24,243 bases of DNA from a virus (lineage: Duplodnaviria; Caudoviricetes), in the IMG/VR virus record IMGVR_UViG_3300011423_000033, positions 1-24,243 of that record. One strand, 5' to 3'. This document shows, one piece after another, positions 16,649 through 24,113 of the stretch (position 1 is its first letter; each line of letters starts with the position of its first letter). The notes beneath the pieces were generated by a model. That model saw only the letters and a list, made by a program, of their open reading frames with translations. It searched no databases and was not told the origin of the DNA. The position numbers and the translations under genes are program-made.

Positions 16649-18985
16649 TTAAGCAGCGGCACCTTGCTGCATCTGTTGTATCATCTGTGTAGCAATGTCA
16701 GCTACACTCTTGCCGCGTGCTAGTTGCACACCTAGTGATTGCTTGATTTCCGGCGGTAGACCGTCGATTAGTCCTGCTACTTGTTGCACAATTTCGGCTA
16801 TACCGTCAACATCTAGACCCCCGCCAGCGCCACCAGCACCGCCACCGGCTTGCTGCGGTGCACCCGCGCCCGATTGCGCCTGAACGCGGGCTTTTAACGC
16901 TTCCTTGACCATTTCCTGCCGACGATCAGCACCTTGTTGCTCACCTTGTTGTGCTTGCTGCTCTTGTTGAGCTTCTTCAGGCGTGGGACCGCTAGTTTCC
17001 TTGATGATACCCTTGTAGATTAGCTCCCAATCCTCCTGACGTATAACTACGTTGTCGAACGCTTGCGCGAGTACTTTGAGAGCAACAACAGCAGCGATGG
17101 GTGTTGCACGTGTGAACTGACCGATGATTTGACTAATCTGTAGCGCCTGTTCCTTCTTCGCGCGTGATGTCGGCTTGAGTGTGCTTCCACCAACGACGCG
17201 AGGGGTGAATGTGGAGCGGATTGTCTGTGCATCCATCTTCTCCCAATCAGCGGCGAATTGTTTGCCTAGTAGTATGCTTACTTCATCCTGCTCCATGAAC
17301 TGCATACACATCTGCGCAGTAAGCCATAGTACAGTGCCCACGCTATCTTCGATAGCATCCATCTTTTCATCTGCACGTGTCTGTATCTGCGACTCATAAC
17401 TCTCAATAGCTTTGTTCGTTGTGTTTGTCTTGTATTCAACACCACGTTGAACTGATGCAACTCCTGATAAGCGATCAATGGCTTCAAGTATTGGCTTCTT
17501 ATCGAAGAATTTAATTGCTTCAGCGCTAGGAGGTAGGAGAGGTCCGAGTACATCTGCTATCTTCTTGCCTTCAGGCAAATCGACGCCGATACAGTTAGTA
17601 TCCATCGTGCCAGCTATAAGCGCTTCAAGTAGTGATGTGTCTTTGAGTGAGTTCTTATCATATACTACTTTACCCGCTGCGAACTTACGCACCTTGGCCC
17701 ATTCGTTGTTGATGACGTTGACATCATCCTGTTGATCAAGGTAGTAAGTGACTTCTCCTTTAGCGTACATCGTGATTGGATCAGTATGGAACTCCATTGG
17801 AACAACGGTGAAGAATTGATCCAATGAATATGGATCATCCCACACCCAAAGTGGGTAACACCAGTCGTTGCAGTTGTAGAGTTCAACACGACGTGTGACT
17901 TTATCCCACACATATACTACCTTCGTCATCTGCGCCGCGAGAAATGAGTTTTGATCCGCATAGCCATACTTGGTGTGCTCAGCACTCGAATAACTGAATA
18001 GCTGGAAGTTGTCGGTCTGCCCTCTATCACCTTGGTCTGGCGACACTCCAGCTTTGATGACGTTAGACGGACTGAACACAGACTCCCATTCTTCACTGTT
18101 TGGCTTCTTTCGCCCAAACTTGGCACGTAGAAGTGAAGTGTACATGAGGTCTTCAATCATCACCCAATTGCAGGGACCGCTAAGGTCTAAGTCGGTTGAA
18201 GTAGGATCGACGATGATTTGATCTGGCCTGCGTACTTTCACCCACGGACCTGATGGCGTTAACATGTCGATAGTCTGCTCAAGTGCTAGCAACTTGCCTT
18301 CAATCTCTTTAATGAGCTTCTGACTATCTGCCTTCTCTAGTTGCGCGCTAAGTGATGTTATTTCTTCTAGCGCTGCTTCACTCGATTGCTCGCGTAGTGT
18401 GTAGCCAACTTCAAACCAACCGATGTTAGTTAGCGACGTGCTAACAATGTTGCGCTTCACCTTACGTTTAAGATTAAGACCGGGTGATGTTTTCTTGCTA
18501 GCTAACACGTTGACTAACTTCTCAACTACACGCGCTTTAGGTTCATCTTCTTTGTCTTCACACGTGAACTCTGCGTCGGGGTTCTTAGTAAAGAGTAGTG
18601 GAACGAGTGCGCTAACATTCGCAAACACGATATTCTCTGTGCTATTGTAAGAGCCTTGTAACGGCGTGCCTGCTGCTGAGTTGTCTTCCTCATGGCGGCT
18701 ACTCGCATTGTGCTTCGTGTGATCATGCCTGTAGTAGCGATAGGCTTCATTCCACGCGTCGGTGTTCTTGCTCATTGCCGACTTGCCCTGATCATAGCGC
18801 GAACGCCACAATGGGCCGCGATGCTTGCTAACAGGTATCTTACTCTCACCTATCATGCGATAGATAGGTTGCTGATCCTCTGGTGGCGTGTCAGGTGACA
18901 TTACACCTTCGTAGGTGTTCACGTCTTCTGCTGGACGCTCGCTAGTACGATTGTATTCTTCGCCGGGTTCATATTCACTAGCCAT
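16649..18985 (-). CDS. Portal protein (P22-like), 778 aa
   Basis: Directly after the large terminase; NIVFANVSAL.PLLF..NP, DQQDDVNVI and LSGVASVQRG...T segments; long Gln/Gly-rich C-terminal tail. Confidence 0.8.
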   Translation of the reverse strand: MASEYEPGEEYNRTSERPAEDVNTYEGVMSPDTPPEDQQPIYRMIGESKIPVSKHRGPLWRSRYDQGKSAMSKNTDAWNEAYRYYRHDHTKHNASSRHEEDNSAAGTPLQGSYNSTENIVFANVSALVPLLFTKNPDAEFTCEDKEDEPKARVVEKLVNVLASKKTSPGLNLKRKVKRNIVSTSLTNIGWFEVGYTLREQSSEAALEEITSLSAQLEKADSQKLIKEIEGKLLALEQTIDMLTPSGPWVKVRRPDQIIVDPTSTDLDLSGPCNWVMIEDLMYTSLLRAKFGRKKPNSEEWESVFSPSNVIKAGVSPDQGDRGQTDNFQLFSYSSAEHTKYGYADQNSFLAAQMTKVVYVWDKVTRRVELYNCNDWCYPLWVWDDPYSLDQFFTVVPMEFHTDPITMYAKGEVTYYLDQQDDVNVINNEWAKVRKFAAGKVVYDKNSLKDTSLLEALIAGTMDTNCIGVDLPEGKKIADVLGPLLPPSAEAIKFFDKKPILEAIDRLSGVASVQRGVEYKTNTTNKAIESYESQIQTRADEKMDAIEDSVGTVLWLTAQMCMQFMEQDEVSILLGKQFAADWEKMDAQTIRSTFTPRVVGGSTLKPTSRAKKEQALQISQIIGQFTRATPIAAVVALKVLAQAFDNVVIRQEDWELIYKGIIKETSGPTPEEAQQEQQAQQGEQQGADRRQEMVKEALKARVQAQSGAGAPQQAGGGAGGAGGGLDVDGIAEIVQQVAGLIDGLPPEIKQSLGVQLARGKSVADIATQMIQQMQQGAAA

Positions 18986-20573
18986 AGCGATGACCTCTAG
19001 GATTGTCAGCCTTCTTATCTTGCTCTTGCCACAGCATGTAGCTAGGTACGCGCTTCTCTGCGGCGATCTTATACACGCCTATATCTGGCATATCGCCTAG
19101 CAAGTACTTCGTAGTATCCATTGCGTGATCGTTACGGTCAATCGGTTTATCAATACGCTCTCCTGATGTGGATTGTTGCCAGAAATAGCCTGCAACTTCG
19201 TCGGTCCACCAATCGAGCTTAGCATTGACGAACAATCGCGGCGAACCTGCAACACGCTTGATAGGATGTAGCAGGTTACGGTTAATGTTAAGATAGCTAC
19301 CAACCTTGACGATGCCGTTGTTGATGTCACTGTTGCCTCGCTTCATGTAGATGCCGTCATCTTTGAACATGTCAGCGATTGTCTTGCCTACTGTGCGTTT
19401 GTTGACTGTTTTCCTGCCGAATATGCTAGGATCGGCGTTGATCTTGTGCATATCGCCAACATCGACGCTCCATTCTTCACGTATACGGCGTATACTTGAA
19501 ATCTGCTCGTCTAATGACATTTCTTTCTTATAAAACCCGTCGCATATGATAACATGCGACTCCGGTGTGACAAACGCGAGCATATAGCACGAAGCCTGCG
19601 CTTGTCCGTAGTCATATGCCTCAATCCAGTTCGGCACGTAGTGGCTTTCTATGTACATATCAAGTTGCGCACTAATCTCACCTTCCTGCAACAAGTGCAC
19701 GCTGCTATCGTACTGAGGATATACAAGTCCTTCGTAAGCCACCCACTTTCCAAGTAGAAAACGATCACGCTGTTGTCCTTGATACATCGTTTCGAGTGTT
19801 TGAATGAAGTCTCCACCCTCTGCCTCATGGACGTGACGAAGTTCATAGGTGCTGCCCTCTACTACGTCGATTAGTAGTTGTGGCTTGCCATCATGTAGTA
19901 TAGGCTTGCGATCTATATCGCGTGCGCAGATTAAATCATCGACAATGTAACCGCCTTGTTGATATTGCTTAAGAGGGCGCACTAATTTGGTGTAGACCCA
20001 ATTGCCTGTTGGATTACAGGTCAACATCATCCACCTTGGTCCTGTTGGTGGCATCGTTGGATCATCGCCAGAATAGCGCGCTCTCCCTCTCAAGCGGCCA
20101 AACAAGTCAAGGAAGTCCTTATATGTGATTTCAGGGTCTTCAACTTGATCCACTATCACCCAGTCGAACGTCGCGCTTAACAAATTTGAAGAACTGCTCT
20201 CCGTCTTCGTACCCTGCTGCGCGATATACCTGAAGTAGATAGTTGTACCGTTCTTCAGGTGACATATGTTGTCGCCGTTCTGACCAACTGCGAAGCTCAC
20301 TATCCAACTCGGAGGACACCATTTCTGGAACTCCTTACGTATAGTGTCGTTCAGCTTAGGATACGTCGAACGCGATATAAGACCCGTACTACCTGGATAC
20401 ATGTCACTAAGCTGGATGGCTTTAATAACCGCAGCAGTAGTTTTACCGTTGCCAAAGCCACCGCCATAGACTTGTACCTTAGCTTTGCTACGCAGGAAGC
20501 GATCCTGCAAGCTGCCTTCCTTAAGAAGCAGCTCAGGACGCTCAGCGACGTTGATAGTACGTGTACGTGCCAT
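18978..20573 (-). CDS. terL: Terminase large subunit, 531 aa
   Basis: Walker A GGGFGNGKT, Walker B-like WVIVDQVED, coupling motif LTCNP, RFLLGKW, and RNase H-like nuclease motifs YDYG, ADPS and NDHAMD. Confidence 0.92.
   Translation of the reverse strand: MARTRTINVAERPELLLKEGSLQDRFLRSKAKVQVYGGGFGNGKTTAAVIKAIQLSDMYPGSTGLISRSTYPKLNDTIRKEFQKWCPPSWIVSFAVGQNGDNICHLKNGTTIYFRYIAQQGTKTESSSSNLLSATFDWVIVDQVEDPEITYKDFLDLFGRLRGRARYSGDDPTMPPTGPRWMMLTCNPTGNWVYTKLVRPLKQYQQGGYIVDDLICARDIDRKPILHDGKPQLLIDVVEGSTYELRHVHEAEGGDFIQTLETMYQGQQRDRFLLGKWVAYEGLVYPQYDSSVHLLQEGEISAQLDMYIESHYVPNWIEAYDYGQAQASCYMLAFVTPESHVIICDGFYKKEMSLDEQISSIRRIREEWSVDVGDMHKINADPSIFGRKTVNKRTVGKTIADMFKDDGIYMKRGNSDINNGIVKVGSYLNINRNLLHPIKRVAGSPRLFVNAKLDWWTDEVAGYFWQQSTSGERIDKPIDRNDHAMDTTKYLLGDMPDIGVYKIAAEKRVPSYMLWQEQDKKADNPRGHRYG
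19481..19495. repeat. GTATAC-N3-GTATAC dyad, copy 4 (inside terL)
   Basis: GTATAC GGC GTATAC read directly from the sequence. Confidence 0.9.
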
Positions 20574-20815
20574 TACTTATTCGCGGTTGCTGCCTTCACT
20601 GCCCACATAGCTGCGACTTCATAGTGTGTCATAGCGAGTGAGTAACAACGACCTATCTCGCCGTCTTCGTGTTTGTCGTTCTCACTGTTACATATGTCGA
20701 TCAAATCGGCTGTGTGGCGTTTAATCTTGTCAACTAAGTTATCACCGCTAGGGTTGAAGCTCTCACGCACGCGCTCTGCACCGATACTGCCATGTTTTTG
20801 TTTATGTTCACCCAC
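20573..20815 (-). CDS. Acb2/Tad1-like helical-hairpin protein (putative cyclic-nucleotide sponge, anti-defence)
   Basis: FNPSG..VDKIK...ADLID...GRCYSLAMTHYEVAAMWAVKAAT matches the R-x2-SLA-x-T-x2-E-x-A-x-MWA-x-KA pattern of this family; GTG start with GGAG RBS; TAATG overlap with terL. Confidence 0.65.
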   Translation of the reverse strand: MGEHKQKHGSIGAERVRESFNPSGDNLVDKIKRHTADLIDICNSENDKHEDGEIGRCYSLAMTHYEVAAMWAVKAATANK

Positions 20816-20824
20816 TTGTAACTC

Positions 20825-21043
20825 CTATCTGATGTTTGTTTCAGCCCAACGTGTAGTGCCTGCTGCTAACGAGCGATACACAGAGCCATCAGCGGTGTTG
20901 ATGTACATCTGCGATGCGTATGCTGATGCAGTAGCAGGGAAGACTGCGCCAGTCATAGTAGGCATGTCGTAGCTAGGATCGACTTCACCGTAGAAGCCGT
21001 TAGCTTTGATACCTTGTCCGTCTTTATTCGGAACTATCGCCAT
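20825..21043 (-). CDS. Hypothetical protein, 72 aa
   Basis: GGAG upstream; overlaps the end of the previous gene; co-oriented. Confidence 0.65.
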   Translation of the reverse strand: MAIVPNKDGQGIKANGFYGEVDPSYDMPTMTGAVFPATASAYASQMYINTADGSVYRSLAAGTTRWAETNIR

Positions 21044-21698
21044 CTTTCTTCTCCACTACTTGCGATGTTATATCACGCGCATCTATATCGACTGTAGGCA
21101 TCTGCTTCGGCTGTGCTATCTCACGAATATGACGAATAACAAGCCCGCCTTCTAGTGAATGTCTATGCTCCATGACTTGTTTGGGGGAAAACCCGCCACG
21201 GTCTAGCATGTTCATCAGAACGCGAGCTTTAGTAGCTGGTCGAGTTTCTTCGTCTTCTAGTAAGTTCTCAAGTCCGTCGAGTGCGCTTGCAGATAGTGCA
21301 TCAATTCGCTTCTGTACGCTATCTGATTGCAGTGCGGCGAGATTATCTTTCAGTAGTATGTCAAGTTGCGTGAATAACTGTAGTCCCTTGATCATGTCTA
21401 CTTGAGAAATCTTCAAGCCTGTAGCTTCTGCTATCTCCGCGTCGTTGATACCGAGATTGAAGTACAACCAAACTACTCCGCAAGTTGTAACAGCCTTGCT
21501 GTCAGCAGGTAGATCAACAAGACCACGCCTAACAGCGCGGTTGTTCCTATCACGACCTCGCGTAGAAGCTGCCGACGCACTCTGGCGATGACGCGCTGTC
21601 TGCTGCTGGATAACGGCATCGGGCGACGTGTTAGGCAACATTGCCTGACCCGTTGTAGTATCAATGACAAGACCATTGGCGAGTGGAAGGTCAGGCAT
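21024..21698 (-). CDS. HTH-containing protein, probable terminase small subunit, 224 aa
   Basis: HTH GINDAEIAEATGLKISQVDMIK, followed by helical ALDGLENLL...KARVLMNMLDRGG and H.LEGGL.I segments typical of TerS; upstream of terL. Start MPDLP at 21698 overlaps the previous stop (ATGCCTGA). Confidence 0.6.
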   Translation of the reverse strand: MPDLPLANGLVIDTTTGQAMLPNTSPDAVIQQQTARHRQSASAASTRGRDRNNRAVRRGLVDLPADSKAVTTCGVVWLYFNLGINDAEIAEATGLKISQVDMIKGLQLFTQLDILLKDNLAALQSDSVQKRIDALSASALDGLENLLEDEETRPATKARVLMNMLDRGGFSPKQVMEHRHSLEGGLVIRHIREIAQPKQMPTVDIDARDITSQVVEKKDGDSSE

Positions 21699-22350
21699 TA
21701 GCTCGCTTGCTCTTTGACTTCTTGCTACCAGCACCTTGCTTGCGGAATATATCTGCAATCATCTGCTGCTGCGGATTACCGCCGCCACCTTGACGTGATT
21801 GTGGGATAGCTGGTCGTTGCTGTCTGCCAGCTTGCATGCCTGTAGGAACAGGTGCATTAGGATTGCCCACTGCACGACCCATCATTTCTGCGCTGATTAG
21901 GTCATCAATAGAGCCAGCGCTACTAGGCATCTGCCCCTGCGCTTGTGCATTAGGTGGCATCGGTCGCTGCGGCATAGCACTAGCCTCCATCGTGTTAGGT
22001 GCACTCTCGTCTGGTGCTTCTACTGGCTCACTGCCTTCTGACATAGGCTCAGCTTCTTCTACTTCTTCGCCTTCATCAACAGGAACGTCAGCAGTAGCTT
22101 CTTCATTAGGCGGTAGTGATGCAGTCTGCATACTATCTTCAGCAGCTTCATCAGGCCATTCAGCAGTCATGTCAATTAGCTCTTGCGCGTTGGTGTCTAA
22201 GCCAGCGTGCTTCATCACCTCTGCAAGTAGCTCTGGATTTTGGCCGACGACTTGCAACATCTGCGGATTTTGATTGATCTGCTGAAATAGCGCATCCATT
22301 TCTGGTGTGCCAGCGTAAGGTAGCTCCTGGCCTTCTTCTGTTTCAGGCAT
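21691..22350 (-). CDS. Acidic, largely disordered hypothetical protein, 219 aa
   Basis: E/P/A/Q/M-rich with a basic C-terminus; TAG-CT-ATG junction with the upstream gene. Confidence 0.7.
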   Translation of the reverse strand: MPETEEGQELPYAGTPEMDALFQQINQNPQMLQVVGQNPELLAEVMKHAGLDTNAQELIDMTAEWPDEAAEDSMQTASLPPNEEATADVPVDEGEEVEEAEPMSEGSEPVEAPDESAPNTMEASAMPQRPMPPNAQAQGQMPSSAGSIDDLISAEMMGRAVGNPNAPVPTGMQAGRQQRPAIPQSRQGGGGNPQQQMIADIFRKQGAGSKKSKSKRANA

Positions 22351-22352
22351 AG

Positions 22353-23591
22353 CTACTGCTCCGCTGCTTGTTGTTCTGTGAAACCACTCATAGTGCCAGC
22401 GCCAATAGCACCGCCTCCGTATAGTTTGTCGCGTATGCTAAGTAACGAAGGATCGTTCACATCGTAGATGTGTGTATCTGGATTGTTGTTGAAATGTTTG
22501 CCAGTCAATCGGCGTGTTTCATTACCGCGTGATATACTATCAACGCGACGTGTACCGGGGATACCGTAGCGAGCTAATTCTTCCATAGCGCCAGTGAGCG
22601 CTTGATTAGCTTCGCCAACGTCTAATGCTTTATGACGCGGTTGATTGATTGCGTCGTAACCTAGCAAGTCGAACAATTGCTTGCCAGTCATATTCGCGCC
22701 GTAGTGCTCATTTGCACCCATCGAGACTACAGGTCTTTCATGCATCATCTGGCTTATTGCTTCAAATATCTTTTGATCTTTAACACGCTGTCCTAGATGC
22801 ATGAAGTCTTCAGGATTAGCGTTGATAGCTACTTCATATGTATTAGGACCGGGACGTGCGCCCTGTTGATATAACGACTTAATTAGTTCTTCTTCACCTA
22901 ATGCTTTTCTTACTTCGTTGTAATTTGTATCAATGTTACGTATGTTGCTATCTAGTGCCTCACGTCCAGGCTTAATGATGTTTGCTGTTTCAGCTATAGC
23001 TCTGTTCTGATCGAATTGATTAGCGTATAGGCGTTCAGCCATCGTTCGCTCTCTATTAGAGTAAACAGGCTTACCTTCTGTGTTCTTCCAGTTGTGTAAG
23101 TAGTTCTGCCAGTGTTCACCACCGGGGCCGCCTATGTGTCTGTTCTCGATGATCGGTATAGCGCCGCCCATGTCTTTGTGTTGTTGTCCAAACTTAGTTA
23201 CTGTGTTTGGTGTAGTGTAGTAGCCACGCACGCCAGTAGCAACTTTAGGTGCTTGTTTAGCGCCGGGGAATGGTATGACATTAGCAGCACTAGCAGCTAC
23301 AGCAGCGCCAATAGCGTTGCCGTAGTCACCTTGTTGTATACCTTCGCTTATGTCTTGTAACTCGTCAAAACCTGTAGCTGTTACTGCGCCTTGTGCTATT
23401 GATTGCTGTGCTTGTTGCTGTCCGCTAGGATCAAATGAGCGCGGCATATTGCGCTCTATAATACCTTTACGTGGCGGTGCTGGTGCTATGTTAAAGCGAG
23501 GGTCGCGTGCTATTACTGCTGCCGGATTATCTAATCCTAGCATATCCTCAATGCTACGTGCGTCAGCTTCTGCGCTGAGTTCATCAGGCAT
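22353..23591 (-). CDS. 412-aa protein with a diverged ADP-ribosyltransferase-like (ART-PolyVal-type) domain
   Basis: Segments RGYYTTP..V.KF, TYEVAINANPEDF, LARYGIPGTRRVDSISRG and THIYDVNDPSLLSIRDK align by eye with the recurrent phage pattern AYHGSP..FDKF / YEV.I....FLDWD / GIPGIKYLD..SR / NYVVFD...I.I..K. Confidence 0.5.
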   Translation of the reverse strand: MPDELSAEADARSIEDMLGLDNPAAVIARDPRFNIAPAPPRKGIIERNMPRSFDPSGQQQAQQSIAQGAVTATGFDELQDISEGIQQGDYGNAIGAAVAASAANVIPFPGAKQAPKVATGVRGYYTTPNTVTKFGQQHKDMGGAIPIIENRHIGGPGGEHWQNYLHNWKNTEGKPVYSNRERTMAERLYANQFDQNRAIAETANIIKPGREALDSNIRNIDTNYNEVRKALGEEELIKSLYQQGARPGPNTYEVAINANPEDFMHLGQRVKDQKIFEAISQMMHERPVVSMGANEHYGANMTGKQLFDLLGYDAINQPRHKALDVGEANQALTGAMEELARYGIPGTRRVDSISRGNETRRLTGKHFNNNPDTHIYDVNDPSLLSIRDKLYGGGAIGAGTMSGFTEQQAAEQ

Positions 23592-23602
23592 AGTTAGTAC
23601 TA

Positions 23603-24007
23603 CTACGACTTGTTGACAGTACCCAAGAAGCCACCGCCGCTGTTGCCTGACTTCTCAACAGGATACGGATTAGGTGCCCATGTTGGTGTCATCTGTGCTT
23701 GGAACACTTCGCGGTCTTGAATAGTAGTTACACGTGGAGCGAAGATGATGTAATCAGCAAGAGGACGTTGACCACCTTGGTTCATGCCGTCAGCTTGAAT
23801 AGCTGCAACTTGCTTGAACTTCAAATCTACTTGAGACACACCAATAGCGCCAGCAGCGAGTGCGCGACCTAATTCACCGAAGTACTGACCACCTACGGAG
23901 TTTGTAAGTCTAGCAGTACTACGCATCGTAGCAGTACCTTGTAGCTGCAATGCGTGTGGCTGTGGATTGCTGATTGCGCCGTCCCATCCGCCTGCCCATG
24001 ATGGCAT
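23603..24007 (-). CDS. Hypothetical protein, first gene of the late operon, 134 aa
   Basis: Perfect AGGAGGT RBS at 24014-24020; downstream of the predicted promoter. Confidence 0.75.
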   Translation of the reverse strand: MPSWAGGWDGAISNPQPHALQLQGTATMRSTARLTNSVGGQYFGELGRALAAGAIGVSQVDLKFKQVAAIQADGMNQGGQRPLADYIIFAPRVTTIQDREVFQAQMTPTWAPNPYPVEKSGNSGGGFLGTVNKS

Positions 24008-24048
24008 AGTAGTACCTCCTATATTATAGTAATATAAGCTCTATATTG

Positions 24049-24077
24049 GCTGTAGCATATTATACGCATGTTGTCAA
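24049..24077 (-). promoter_or_regulatory. Sigma70-type promoter at the head of the morphogenesis operon
   Basis: Minus strand TTGACA (24077-24072), 17 nt, (GC)TACAGC. Shares TATTGACAA and TATGCTA at identical spacing with the 9961-9989 promoter. Confidence 0.6.
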
Positions 24078-24079
24078 TA

Positions 24080-24094
24080 GTATACAGCGTATAC
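24080..24094. repeat. GTATAC-N3-GTATAC dyad, copy 5 (2 bp upstream of the -35 box)
   Basis: GTATAC AGC GTATAC read directly from the sequence. Confidence 0.9.
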
Positions 24095-24096
24095 AT

Positions 24097-24113
24097 CCGG
24101 CCCGAAGGGCCGG
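24097..24113. other. GC-rich perfect hairpin CCGGCCC-GAA-GGGCCGG (terminator-like or DNA hairpin)
   Basis: 7-bp perfect inverted repeat with a 3-nt loop; no clean U-tract on either side. Confidence 0.55.

Noticed and set aside
2172-23605. Amber (TAG) stop-codon reassignment
   Set aside because: TAGs fall at natural gene ends next to the next RBS or start, and genes are full length under the standard code.
24059-24064. Perfect TATAAT on the minus strand as the -10 of the late promoter
   Set aside because: It is only 7 bp from TTGACA, incompatible with sigma70 spacing.
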